Below are positions 30,148 to 40,600 of a DNA stretch of 64,000 bases, piece after piece (the first letter of the stretch is position 1; each line of letters starts with the position of its first letter). The translations under genes were made by a program, and so were the position numbers. The notes under the pieces are model-generated. The model worked only from the letters and a program-made list of their open reading frames with translations, was not told the DNA's origin and made no database searches. This stretch comes from an uncultured delta proteobacterium (GTDB lineage Bacteria; Myxococcota_A; Polyangia; Polyangiales; Polyangiaceae): the NCBI GenBank assembly GCA_963696385.1, contig CAVOKF010000007.1, positions 288,001 through 352,000 on the forward strand, written 5' to 3'.

Positions 30148-30471
30148 CTATCGCTCGAAGCCGAGCGACCGTTCGACGCGGGCGACACGCAAGGTGTACG
30201 CCCGATACCACTTCTCGCGGCCGAGGATCTGAGCCGCTCGATGATCGGCATGCCGACGCCACTCGGCGATGGCCTCGAGGCTATCCCAGTAGGAAACGGT
30301 GATGCCGAACCCATCGGCCCCGCGCGCCGTCTCGACCCCGAGAAAGCCCGGTTGGCTCGACGCCAAGGCGACCATGGCATCCGCCGTATCCGCGTAACCG
30401 ACCGGGTCTTCAGCGGTCCGATTCGACGTGAAGATCACAGCCCAATAGGGTGGCTCACGGGTAAAGGCCAT
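30148..30471 (-). CDS. Antibiotic biosynthesis monooxygenase (ABM) family protein
   Basis: PPYWAVIFTS, QPGFLGVE, GITVSYW, HRAAQ..GREKWY. Confidence 0.88.
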   Translation of the reverse strand: MAFTREPPYWAVIFTSNRTAEDPVGYADTADAMVALASSQPGFLGVETARGADGFGITVSYWDSLEAIAEWRRHADHRAAQILGREKWYRAYTLRVARVERSLGFER

Positions 30472-30573
30472 GGCGGAGCCGTATCCGGTCAGTCCCGGCG
30501 AGCGCAAGGACCGAACTCGCGAACGTGCTACCTTGTTGACGTCGACGGGGGCACTCTTGGGGATCGCGACGCG

Positions 30574-31488
30574 ATGCAAGGGGCTTTAGGCTTCGCAGGT
30601 ACGGTCGTGGCGATAGGCTGCTTGGGTTGCGGGGCGAGGACAGGCCTAAACGACGTATCTGCGTTGGGTGCCGGTATCGCCTCTGCATTCAACGCGGATG
30701 CCGATGTTGCGACCGTTCCGACCCCTGCGCCCGACTACATCTGGTACGTGCTCGACGAGACCACCGGAGCGACAGCCCACGACTCTTCTTCGCACCATTT
30801 CGACATCACCGTGCCGGGCATCGGCTGGAATCAGGGCGGCGTCTTCGACGGAATGACCACCTGCGGCGACACGACCGTGGGCCCCGAGTACCGGTCGCCG
30901 CCGATCACGATCTCGGCCTGGCTTACTCCCGCGGCGCGAACGGACTTACCCGAGAGCTATGCGCTGCAGCCATTCCCGCCCAACGCCTTCAGCGACGATG
31001 TGCCGGGTGTGGGTGGTTACGGCATCGGTCTGAACGTATGGGACACAGGCTCTGCATTGGAAGCCGAAGGCGTTTCGCCCTGTACCCAAGCGGGGCTCTG
31101 CGTTGCCAACGGGACCCAAAACACCGCGGCTGCCGCGGCCGGCGGCGGCTTCTCGTGCACCAGCGCGGCGAGCTGCAATCAAGGGTTCGACGCGGGAAGC
31201 GAGTACTTGGTGACGCTCACGGTCGGCGGCCCGCCGCAAGGGACAATGACCCCGACGGCCCAGGTCTACGTCAACGGTGCGCTCTTCGATCAGGACACGG
31301 CGTACATCCCGCAGGCCGATTCGATGCCGCCGATCTACCTCGGCTGTCACAACCTGGATACCGGCTATGGGACGACGCGCTTTTTCGACGGGCGCATTCG
31401 GGACGTTCGCGTGTACTTGCGGCAACTCGCCCCTGACGAGGTGAAGCAATTGTATGTCAACGGTCCGACGCTGCACGCCCCTCCCTAG
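30574..31488 (+). CDS. LamG/concanavalin-like domain lipoprotein
   Basis: LGC lipobox; LDETTGATAHDSS, TISAW, VYVNG, FFDGRIRDVRVY.R.L...EV. Confidence 0.82.
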   Translation: MQGALGFAGTVVAIGCLGCGARTGLNDVSALGAGIASAFNADADVATVPTPAPDYIWYVLDETTGATAHDSSSHHFDITVPGIGWNQGGVFDGMTTCGDTTVGPEYRSPPITISAWLTPAARTDLPESYALQPFPPNAFSDDVPGVGGYGIGLNVWDTGSALEAEGVSPCTQAGLCVANGTQNTAAAAAGGGFSCTSAASCNQGFDAGSEYLVTLTVGGPPQGTMTPTAQVYVNGALFDQDTAYIPQADSMPPIYLGCHNLDTGYGTTRFFDGRIRDVRVYLRQLAPDEVKQLYVNGPTLHAPP

Positions 31489-31489
31489 C

Positions 31490-31615
<126 letters not shown>

Positions 31616-31627
31616 TGCGCGGGCCCC

Positions 31628-32608
31628 TCAGGCCTTGGGCGTGAGCCTTGGCGCGCGAGCCGTCTTGAGTCGCACGCAGACCTCGGCGAGCCGATCGCGG
31701 TTACGATTGATGAGGACATCGGCGACGTCTTTCAAGGCTTGGATGCTGTCCGGGGAGGCGTTGTCCAGATCTTGATTGGCCTCGGGCAAATCCGTCTGAA
31801 GGCGCGCATAGCGCAACGTCGGGCCCTTCCTCGGGAGGAGCTCTCGCAATTGGTAGTCGACGGTATCGGAGACGCCGTCGAGCAAGATGTCGAAGAGCGG
31901 AAGCGCCCACCCGGCGAGGCCCCAGTGCGCAGCCTTGTCGCCGGGGATCCGCCGGTCGAGGTTTCCCGTGCCGAGCGACACGAGCAGGATGTCATCGAAC
32001 GGCTCGCCGAACGCCAGCGCGTCGACGTACATGCACATTGCGGGGTTGTTGGCGAACACGCCCCCGTCCACGAGGGCGTAGGAGTTATCGCCGACTTGGA
32101 GCCGCGCGGGCGGGAAGTACGTCGGAGCCGCGGAGGTGGCACGCGCGATGGCCCACATGGGCGCATCGAACCGCGGCTTCGTGTAGCTCTTGAAGAAGAA
32201 GGGCGCGCGCCGCTCGATGTCGTACGCCGTGACAAGAAGCGAACTGCGGGCGTCGGCAAGCACGGCCGCCCCGAAGAATTCGCGAAGGACGCCCTCGATG
32301 CCGTTCGGCGAGTATTTGGGCCCGGCGAGGTGATCCATGGTTTCGAGCGCGTGCCAAAAGGATCGGGAAAAGATGGTTTGACCGTTCTTCTCGTAGAGTT
32401 CTACGAGGTCGGCCGCGCTGAATTTCGACGTGGCGCCTGCGGGCGCGGTCAATCCGAGCGCGAGGATTCCGCCCGTCGACGTGCCAGCAACGAAATCGAA
32501 CAGGTCCGCAATACGCGCCTGGGTGGTCTCCTCGATGTGCTGAAGCACCTTGGCGGGAATGACACCCCGAATCCCTCCCCCATCGATTGACAGAATGGTT
32601 CGTGTCAC
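31628..32608 (-). CDS. Patatin-like phospholipase
   Basis: LSIDGGGIRG, GTSTG, ATSAAPTYF, DGGVFANNP. Confidence 0.93.
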   Translation of the reverse strand: MTRTILSIDGGGIRGVIPAKVLQHIEETTQARIADLFDFVAGTSTGGILALGLTAPAGATSKFSAADLVELYEKNGQTIFSRSFWHALETMDHLAGPKYSPNGIEGVLREFFGAAVLADARSSLLVTAYDIERRAPFFFKSYTKPRFDAPMWAIARATSAAPTYFPPARLQVGDNSYALVDGGVFANNPAMCMYVDALAFGEPFDDILLVSLGTGNLDRRIPGDKAAHWGLAGWALPLFDILLDGVSDTVDYQLRELLPRKGPTLRYARLQTDLPEANQDLDNASPDSIQALKDVADVLINRNRDRLAEVCVRLKTARAPRLTPKA

Positions 32609-32892
32609 AGTTTTGTGCCCCTCTCGCCGCGCCGAAAGGCCCCGGCACAAATCGGATACTCGATGGCGGTCGCGATGTCGATTGCGGTCGGTTTCTGCGC
32701 GCTGCGGCAGACAAGGATCCCAGGGTGGTGCGACCGGGGGGAGCTTGTCGTTGGCTTGAACCTAGTACCTCGATTCCGCGGAATGGAAGGGTCGTTTTTC
32801 GCGATATTCCCGACGGGATCGGGTGGTCTCACCCCTCCGTTTCATGGAATCGGGGTACTAGGGTGTCGAAGGCGCTTAAGACCTGCCGACGG

Positions 32893-33753
32893 TCACGGAC
32901 ACACGGTTTGGCAAGTCATGTCGGCCGGGCAGCTTCCCTGCCCGCCGACACCATCCGGCGTGCAGGTGGGGCTGCACATGAAAACGCCGCCCGGTTGCGC
33001 TGCGCACGCCTCTCCCGAGGGGCAAGAATTGGGGCATACCGCTCCTTCACAGGACTGAGAAAGGGAGCAGCCGCCATCCGGGCACCGGCATGTGGAGACG
33101 CAAAAATTGGTGCAAGCACAGAAATTGGTTCCGCTGCAAGTGCCCGCGCCATCCCCGCTTTGCGTCGCGCCATCGGTTGCCGCGTCCGCGCTGCCCCCTC
33201 CGTCGACGGTGCCACCGTCCTCGGTGTTAGTGCCCGCGCTATCCCCGCTTTGCGTCGCGCCATCGGTTGCCGCGTCCGCGGCGCCGACTGCGTCGACGGC
33301 CCCACTGTCCTCGATGGTGGTCCCGAACGCGCCACAACCGGCAGGCGGATTGGGACCGAGTCCGCAGAGCGTACACTGGCCACCAAGACAGTGCGCTTCG
33401 CCCGGGAAGGCGCAGGGGCATCCCTCCAAGCTCAGCGACGCGGTCTCAGACTGAAAGCGCCCTGCCGCCGCCGCGTTGACAGGGCTATCGCCGCATGAGC
33501 ATTGGCCGTTGCAGATTTCGCCGGTGCGGACGAGAGCGCAATCCGAGTCGCTTCCACACGAGAGATCGGATGGGGCGACTTCGAAATCGACACACCCAGA
33601 GCCGCCATCGGTCGCGCGGGTCCCCGAGTCTTCTCCGAGCTCTGCCTCGGTCCCATGGAGGGTCCTACCTCGGCATGCCGAAGCGAGCCCAGCCATAAGG
33701 AGGGGCATGACAAGGCGAGCGAAGTGGCGAACGAGGTTCGTGCGGAGGGCCAT
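32893..33753 (-). CDS. Cys-rich lipoprotein with internal 30-aa repeat
   Basis: LASAC lipobox; SCGSDSDC; ADAATDGATQSGD twice (90-bp period, about 33139-33313); Cys-rich C-terminus. Confidence 0.75.
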   Translation of the reverse strand: MALRTNLVRHFARLVMPLLMAGLASACRGRTLHGTEAELGEDSGTRATDGGSGCVDFEVAPSDLSCGSDSDCALVRTGEICNGQCSCGDSPVNAAAAGRFQSETASLSLEGCPCAFPGEAHCLGGQCTLCGLGPNPPAGCGAFGTTIEDSGAVDAVGAADAATDGATQSGDSAGTNTEDGGTVDGGGSADAATDGATQSGDGAGTCSGTNFCACTNFCVSTCRCPDGGCSLSQSCEGAVCPNSCPSGEACAAQPGGVFMCSPTCTPDGVGGQGSCPADMTCQTVCP

Positions 33754-34135
33754 AAATAAGAGCGCCAACGCAAGATCGGCGCCACAACAGGGCGCGGAGA
33801 AACGCGCGGCGGGTGCGCGATGGGGCCGAGAACGTTCGGATGGATTCCGCTCTCTAATCCCGGGCGCAACCGCAAAAGCTGCGTCCGAGCGCCGGGCGTC
33901 CATCGTTCGGCCGCGTCGCCGCCCAACGGCCGAGCCATGGGTTTCGCGGGGGGGCGAAGGGCTCAGCTGGCAAAGGCTGGAGCACGCGATGAATGCGCGC
34001 GGGCACCGTGATCGCGGGACCAACCGACGGATAGTCGGGTCGATCCCATGGCGGCGGGATCCGGGAGTTCGCCGGCTGCTCACTTTGGCACGCCAGCCCG
34101 TCGTCGAATGCGCTCGATGCGGGCCAAAAACGACT

Positions 34136-34151
34136 TGGCAGGGTCCGTGCA
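34136..34151 (+). promoter_or_regulatory. Putative sigma54 (-24/-12) promoter
   Basis: TGGCAGGGTCCGTGCA has GG and GC at the consensus spacing of TGGCACGNNNNTTGCW, 82 bp before ATG 34234. Confidence 0.45.
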
Positions 34152-34233
34152 TTGAGGCTCCCTGTGGCCGCGAGGTGGCTCGGACGCGATTCGCGACCGA
34201 TCCGCACCCCAGCAAGCCACCGGAGAACGTCCC

Positions 34234-35454
34234 ATGGTCATCCCCCGTTTGGCTCGCGCTCATCGGTTTCATTCGCTCCGGTTGCCGGTCGCCACGTGGA
34301 TGGCCGTGGGCGCATTCGTCATCCCCGCCGCCGTGCGCGCCGACGCTCCCACATGCTCCAAGGACAGCGACTGTTCGAAGGGGTTCACCTGCCAAGTCTC
34401 CGGCATCTCCGCGTGCCCCGGGCCGCCCGCCTGCGCTCCGGGCGAGGTGTGTTCGACCCCGGCCCAGACCTGCACCCCGCAAACGACCTCGTCGTGCCAA
34501 CCCGGCCCCTGCACGACCGACAGCGACTGTGCGACCGGAATGGTGTGCTACGCCGACACGTACCAAACGTGCTCGGGCTCCGGCGGAGCGGCCCTTTGTG
34601 CCAAAGGGGACGAGTGTCCGCCTCCCCCTGCCCCCACCCCCCCCACGTGCACGACCACGACCGGCCCGAGTAGCTGCGTGCCGAAGTACGAGCTGCCGTG
34701 CACCGTCGACTCCGACTGCGGCGATCACTTCACGTGCGTCCCGGACACCGTGTCCGTCTGCTCGGGCGGCGGAAGCGCCGGCAGCGCCGGCGGGGTCACG
34801 GCCGTCGGAGGTGGCTCCGGCACCGGATCGAGCAGCAGCGGCGAATCGACCACGGTAGCCGTGCCGCCCGCGGCCCCGAGCCTTCCTGACATCCCGGCCG
34901 ATGCGGCGGCGCCTCCGCCGATCGCCGAAGACGCGGGGGTCTCGTGCACCACGACCACGTCGTCGACGTCGAGCTGCCAGGCCGACACCATCGTGTGCAC
35001 CGCCGACAGCGACTGTCCCGCCACATGGACGTGCGAGAGCCAGTCCGTGCCTGTCTCGAACATCGCGTGCGCCGAGCCGGTGATGCTCGTCGACGGGTCA
35101 CCCGTTATCTTGCCGTGCATCGTGGACGCCGGCCCGACGCCTGCGTCGCCGCAAGTGTGTGTCCCGCCGTACAGCACGGGCGTGAACGCAGCCTTGTCCG
35201 GGGTCGAGAGCGCTCCCGGCGCCGTCAGCGAGGCCCCTTCCGGAGCCGGCGCTGGATCGTCCAACAATGCGGGAGTCGCTCCGACGGTTGCCAATGCCGC
35301 GACGGCGGGCTCGTCCGATAAGTCCCAAGACGGGACCGGCGGAGGCGGTTGTCAGATGGGCGCCTCTCCGGCCGGCGCCCCATCCGGCGTATGGCTGGGG
35401 CTGATCGCTTGCCTTGGCTTTGCGTTTCGCAGGCGCACTCGCCAGTCCGCGTGA
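34234..35454 (+). CDS. Cys-rich surface protein with MYXO-CTERM sorting tail
   Basis: Signal peptide (AVRA-D); repeated C-xx-DSDC modules; C-terminus GGGC...hydrophobic...RRR. Confidence 0.85.
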   Translation: MVIPRLARAHRFHSLRLPVATWMAVGAFVIPAAVRADAPTCSKDSDCSKGFTCQVSGISACPGPPACAPGEVCSTPAQTCTPQTTSSCQPGPCTTDSDCATGMVCYADTYQTCSGSGGAALCAKGDECPPPPAPTPPTCTTTTGPSSCVPKYELPCTVDSDCGDHFTCVPDTVSVCSGGGSAGSAGGVTAVGGGSGTGSSSSGESTTVAVPPAAPSLPDIPADAAAPPPIAEDAGVSCTTTTSSTSSCQADTIVCTADSDCPATWTCESQSVPVSNIACAEPVMLVDGSPVILPCIVDAGPTPASPQVCVPPYSTGVNAALSGVESAPGAVSEAPSGAGAGSSNNAGVAPTVANAATAGSSDKSQDGTGGGGCQMGASPAGAPSGVWLGLIACLGFAFRRRTRQSA

Positions 35455-35534
35455 CCGTGCGCGGAGACGGGCGCCGGCTTTCTCGCGAGGAACTCCTTGA
35501 TGCGTCGACCCCGGTCAGGTCGCCGTTCGGAGCG

Positions 35535-36231
35535 TTACCCGGGCCACCGCGCGATCCCTTGGGTACCCTGCGCCCGATCGTGAATCGCATCGACGGCGTA
35601 GCGGGCGGAATCCCGTAGCTCTTCGTCGATCATCGATTGCGGAGCCGGCAGGCCCGGCTTGAGCAAAATGTCGAATTTCAGTACCGTCCACCGGTCATCG
35701 AGTGCGCGGATCGTCCAAACGACGTCCATGTCTTCGACGTTGCCTTTGCCGGGGATCATTCGGCCCTCCAGGACCTGGACCCCCGGCGAGACGGTGCGGG
35801 CGGGCGCAAACCGAGCGACGTCCCAAAGAGCAATGACTCCGTGAAGCACGGAGATTTGGATGTAGACATCCGTGGATTCGATCCGGCTCGTAGCCAACCA
35901 CGCGTGACGACTTGAAGCGCGTCGGCGAGATGTCGCGATAGTGCGAAAAATCGGTCACGTGGGCGCGCACGACGTCGAGCGGGGCGTGAATCAGCGTTTC
36001 GGCGTGCCCATACCGGTCTGCATGGCCAGGCGGCGTCCAATTCCAGTGCAGCGAGTGACCGGCGGCGGCAATGCGAGAGGCTTCCGGGTCGAGTACATCG
36101 GCGCGCGCCGGGGACTGGGCACTCCCGAGACCCAAGGCAACGGTGAGGGCCATGAAGGAAACGGCCCGCCCGAGCCCAACTCGGCGCGGAACCAGCGCGT
36201 GGCCCCGTCGTGTGCTGAACGCCGCACTCAT
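35535..36231 (-). pseudogene. SRPBCC/START (polyketide-cyclase-like) secreted protein split by a frameshift near 35880
   Basis: N-half (IHAPLDVVRAHVTDFSHY) in ORF 35695..36255; C-half (STDVYIQISVLHG...GNV) in ORF 35535..35897. Removing one base joins them. Confidence 0.7.
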
Positions 36232-36300
36232 GTCCCTTCGGGTGTGTCCTAGCACGACACATACCGCAGGTCAGCAACGACCTCACGCTCGCAAATCCGG

Positions 36301-39210
36301 CTAACCGTGGCGCTGGCGAAAGCGGCCCTCCGTGATCCACCAGTCGCGGTACCTTTGTTGCGCACGCTCACGGTCGCGCGCGGGCAAGTCGCTCGCGTAG
36401 CCGAAATATTGACGGCTGAGCGCACGCAACTCTTCCCCCGCGGCCCGTCGCAATTCCGACACGTCGTGGGTCAGGGAGTCGATCAGCCACTCCAAGCGAT
36501 GGCGAGCGCTATTCTGTTCCCACCACTTGTTCCAAGGTCGCCATTCGGTGCCGTAGTCTTGGCGTGTCACGAGGACCAGACTGACGTAGGCCGCGGCCGC
36601 AACTTGCGGGGCGTCATCGCGCAAACCGAGGATGAGATCGGGCACAACCCACGCATCGCGTACGGAGCCGAACGCGCGCATCGCTGCCTCGCGCTCTTGC
36701 CACTCGGATGAACCGCTGAGCGTCCTCAGCGGCCCCATCGCGCGCTCGGGGGACGCTCGAGCGATGGCGGCGATGGCACGGCCTGCGCTCACGCGCGTGC
36801 TCGTGTCGTCGTCGCGCAGGCGTTCCAACAGCGGCACGAGCGCCTCGACGTACGGCAGCTCGGCGAGCAGATACGTGGCCCATCCGCGCGCTTCGGGGTC
36901 CGGATCGGCAAGCCGCGCGAGGACAAAAGGGAGCGCGACCTTGCGTTCGCGCGCGACGAGACGAAGCACCGGTCCACACTCGCTCGCGCGCGGCGGATGC
37001 GTGCTCGAAGCCAAGCGGGCGCGCTCGAACGTTACCGGCCCAGGAAAACGGTCCATCAGAACCGTCATGGCGCGCACGCCTTGCCGGAGCAGCTCCCCCT
37101 CGGCCTGGTCGTCCGTCTCCCCGCGGATGAGACGGTCCACGATGGCGGCGAGCTCGCGCTGGATATCGATGATGACACTCGGAAGGGCGCTCTCGACGAC
37201 CGTTCGCGCGATCGCCGGGCGATGGGGAGGCACGACGACGCCCGAGCCAACGGACGTACCGGCGGCGAGGCCGTGGGCGCTTCGGACGGACTGCGCGCCC
37301 TTCGCGGCCGACGCATCGGCGCTCTCACCAGGGACCGTGCCGTCGGAGTGGACCCTGCCTGCTTCGCGGGGGACTCCCGCGGAGAACCGCGAATCCATCG
37401 GCGGGAAATCGGGCTCTTCACGGGGAATCGGGGGACCGCCGACAGGCCGGACGGACGCGATGTTCACGGCGGGCGGAGGCGCCGAGGATGGCGCAAAGGA
37501 GGCCCGATTGGCGCGGCCCCTGACAGAATCCGGTGCGGCAGCGCCCGGGGCGGTCGACGTCGGCGCGGTCGATCCCTCCGCCAACGCGGCCTCAGGGCCC
37601 GGCGACGGCACGGCCGCCGGGATCCGTCCGAGGAGCGGCTCGAGCGCGAGCGGCGGAGCGGCCGACGGGATCCGCCCGCGGGTCGGATCGAGCGACGACT
37701 CGGGCCACGGGATGCCTCCGAGGGGCGGATCCGACGGCCACGGCGACTCGAGGGGTGACGGGACCACCGCGAGCGTTGCAGGCGACGGCGACGACGATGC
37801 GAGGGATGCGGGTTCCTTCGCGATGACGGCCGCAGCCGGCGCGCGTCCTTCGCCGCCAGGCTCCCCGCTTGCGCGACTGCCGGCGACAAAGCCCTCCAGC
37901 TTGCGTCGAACGATGAGGCGCTCGAAACCCTTCCCGACGACTCGTGCGTAGGCAAAGACCTGTTGGATGGCGTCGCGATCGATGCCCGCATCGGCACAAT
38001 CGCCCACCAGCAGCGCGACGGCCCGAGTGCGCACAACCAGCGGCACGACGGCGATTTCGGCGTCGCGCGGACGTTGCAGGTCACCCAGCAGCACGGCGTC
38101 GAGCCCATCGCCCTCCGCTCGCGCGACGACCGGCGCGCGCGTGTCGCGTGCGCTCGCTAGGAAGCTCGGCAGATCCAGGGGGACGCCGATGCCCAACACG
38201 CGTTCGCGCAACGCTCCGGCGCCGAAGGCGTCGCGCCCCTCCGCAATGTCGGCCTGGATGAGGAACAGCGCGGCGTAGTCGAAGAACTGGCGCGAGAAGT
38301 CGAAGAAGAGGTCGATCAGGGTGTCGCGGTCATCGGCTTCCTCGGCTTCGCGTCGCGCACCGTCGAGTGTCAGGGGACCGCGTCGGCGACGGCTGATGCG
38401 CATGTTCGGGGTGACATTGCGCTGGAGCAAATCGTGGCGCTCAGCACCGACTCGCGCCGGAATAGGCGTCGTTGCGGCCGGAACCGAAAGGGCCGGACGC
38501 GAAGCCACCGCGGGGGGCAAAGGGCTTGGGGTGGGCTGCCCCCCCGGGAAGCTGGTCCAGGTCAAACGGCGCTGGGGCTTGAAACGCCGGGCCGCAATCC
38601 TCCCACCTTGTGCGACCGCGCCCACGGTGGGTGGGCCGCCACGCCGCTGCGACGGGGGAGCGGACGCAAGCCCGGCCGAAAGGGACGCCGGCGGGGCCGG
38701 CGTCCTCGCGACGACCGGGGGCAACGACCCGGTTCTCGCGGCTTCGCCGGAGAGGCGCCCGAGGAGGCGCTGCATGCGCCGGTCCAGCTCTACCCCGTAC
38801 GTTCGCGCGATCGCCTCCCAAACCCGAACGGCCGGAGCCGCGAGCTGTTCGACGGACATCGCCAGCGAACCCACCAGCCGCTGATGCATTTCCTCGCTGA
38901 GAGGCTCCGCCACGGCCAGAAACAGATGCCCCCCTTCGACTTCAAGCGGCACCAACACGCACTGGACGGCAAGATCGGCCGGGATGAGCGCACGGGCAGA
39001 ATCGCTCGGCAGGGGCAGTTCGCCGTACGCGGCCGGCGTGAGCTGCATCGACTCCGCGAGCAGCGGTGTCAGGACGGCCTCATCGACCCGGGCGACCTCG
39101 AGCAGATTCGTGACGAGGTCCCCGCCGTAAATGACCTGGCGCGCAAGCGCCTCTTCGACCTGGCGCATGGTCGCGACATCGCGTTGGACGATCAGTGAGC
39201 TCAGCGGCAT
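36301..39210 (-). CDS. Multidomain protein: GspE-N/MshEN-like N-terminus, GAF-like region, Pro-rich linker, HEAT repeats (FrgA-like)
   Basis: VEEALARQ..YGGDLVTNLLE; VVPLVVRTRAVALLVGD; LADPDPEAR / LRDDDTSTR HEAT repeats. Confidence 0.75.
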   Translation of the reverse strand: MPLSSLIVQRDVATMRQVEEALARQVIYGGDLVTNLLEVARVDEAVLTPLLAESMQLTPAAYGELPLPSDSARALIPADLAVQCVLVPLEVEGGHLFLAVAEPLSEEMHQRLVGSLAMSVEQLAAPAVRVWEAIARTYGVELDRRMQRLLGRLSGEAARTGSLPPVVARTPAPPASLSAGLASAPPSQRRGGPPTVGAVAQGGRIAARRFKPQRRLTWTSFPGGQPTPSPLPPAVASRPALSVPAATTPIPARVGAERHDLLQRNVTPNMRISRRRRGPLTLDGARREAEEADDRDTLIDLFFDFSRQFFDYAALFLIQADIAEGRDAFGAGALRERVLGIGVPLDLPSFLASARDTRAPVVARAEGDGLDAVLLGDLQRPRDAEIAVVPLVVRTRAVALLVGDCADAGIDRDAIQQVFAYARVVGKGFERLIVRRKLEGFVAGSRASGEPGGEGRAPAAAVIAKEPASLASSSPSPATLAVVPSPLESPWPSDPPLGGIPWPESSLDPTRGRIPSAAPPLALEPLLGRIPAAVPSPGPEAALAEGSTAPTSTAPGAAAPDSVRGRANRASFAPSSAPPPAVNIASVRPVGGPPIPREEPDFPPMDSRFSAGVPREAGRVHSDGTVPGESADASAAKGAQSVRSAHGLAAGTSVGSGVVVPPHRPAIARTVVESALPSVIIDIQRELAAIVDRLIRGETDDQAEGELLRQGVRAMTVLMDRFPGPVTFERARLASSTHPPRASECGPVLRLVARERKVALPFVLARLADPDPEARGWATYLLAELPYVEALVPLLERLRDDDTSTRVSAGRAIAAIARASPERAMGPLRTLSGSSEWQEREAAMRAFGSVRDAWVVPDLILGLRDDAPQVAAAAYVSLVLVTRQDYGTEWRPWNKWWEQNSARHRLEWLIDSLTHDVSELRRAAGEELRALSRQYFGYASDLPARDRERAQQRYRDWWITEGRFRQRHG

Positions 39211-39267
39211 GGCTCTGCGTGTATCGTTTCGGAAGGCTACAAGGTCCTGGCGAGACGCTCCAGAGAA

Positions 39268-40598
39268 CTACCGGCGGAGCGAAAAAGCAGGAGCGCTTTC
39301 GTAACTCTCGGCCAAGACCTCCAGCAGGCCGGGCACCGTGAATTGCCGCGCGGTCACGTCGACCCGAAGGCCGCGCGCCTGGGCCGTCGCCGTCGTCACA
39401 GGACCGATGCTCGCGACCCGAGTGCCCCCGAGGAGCGGGACTGCCTTCGGCCCGAGCAAGTCACAAAGGTTGTCGACCGTACTGCTCGAGGTCAAGGTGA
39501 CGGCATCGACACGGTCGAGCTCCAGCGCGCGGACGAGCGCGTCCGCCGTCTCCCGTGAGGGCAGGATCGTCTCGTAGGCCGCGACCACCTCGACCTTGCA
39601 CCCCGCCGCGCGCAGTGTCTCGGGCAAGACGTCTCTCGCGCGCGCGGCACGCGCCAGGAGCACGGTCGGAGAAGGCGGGCCGGTGCGAATGGCCGTGAGC
39701 ATCTCCTGAGCAAGGCCCTCGCCCCGGAACTCTCGAGCCACGACGTCGGCGCGCAATCCGTGCGCCTCAAGAGCGCGCGCCGTTGCGGGGCCAATGGCGG
39801 CCAACCGCGCCCCGCCAAGATCCGTGCGTCGGCCCCGATCGAGAGCAGAGCGTCCCAGGTCCGCTCGACGCCGTTGGCGCTCGTGAACGCCACCCACGCA
39901 TAGACTCCCTTCATGAGCTCGTGCAAGGCGCGGTTCAGCGGCTGAGGATCCCTCGGCGCGCGGATCTCGATGGTGGGCACCACGACGGGCTCTGCCCCGC
40001 GGTCGCGCAAGAGAGTCGCGGCGCTCTCGGCCTGAGAGTGCGCGCGCGTCACCAGCACGCGCTTTCCAAACAGAGGCCGCCGCTCGAACCAGGTCAGCAA
40101 GGGATCCGGCGCACCCAGGACGAGAACGAGCCCGTCGTCTCCGAGCGCAAGTGCCGCGTCCGCGGCCTTCGCGGCCGTCGTCACCACGACGCGCTGCCTC
40201 GGCGAACCGGGCCGCGCCACGAGGGTCACGACCCGGTCGGCGGCTTCCTTCGTCAAAGCGTCTCCGACCCCCGCGGCGTGAACCCACCTGGCGCTACCCA
40301 CGGTCCCGGCGAAGGCCGCGGCGATGGCTTGCGCGCCGAGGCCCGGCACGACCTCGATCGGAATGCCCGCACGGGCGACCGCCAGAGCCTCGGCCCATAC
40401 GCGCGGGGATTCGAGCGGGTCGCCGGCGACCGCACGCACGACGCGCTGTCCAGCCCGGGCGCGCTCGACGAGCGCATCGGGGGCCGCGTCGTCGCCGTCG
40501 ATGACCGCATCGGCGTCGGCGATCCGTGCCGCCGCACGCTCGGTTCGCAGCGTGGAATCGCCGGGACCCAGTCCCACGAACGAGACGATGCCGCGCAC
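39268..40598 (-). CDS. hemD: Degenerate uroporphyrinogen-III methyltransferase/uroporphyrinogen-III synthase fusion, apparent 1-nt frameshift near 39817
   Basis: FVGLGPGD, WFERRPLFGKRVLVTR, FTSANGV in one frame; LAAIGPATA, VAAYET, TSSSTV, SIGPVT in the other. Confidence 0.85.
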
Positions 40599-40600
40599 GG

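Noticed and set aside
31628..32892. CBASS defence operon around the patatin
   Set aside because: No CD-NTase, Cap2/Cap3 or other defence gene adjacent.
32609..32892. Possible small gene or ncRNA upstream of patatin
   Set aside because: ORFs there lack motifs and RBS, and no recognisable RNA structure was seen.
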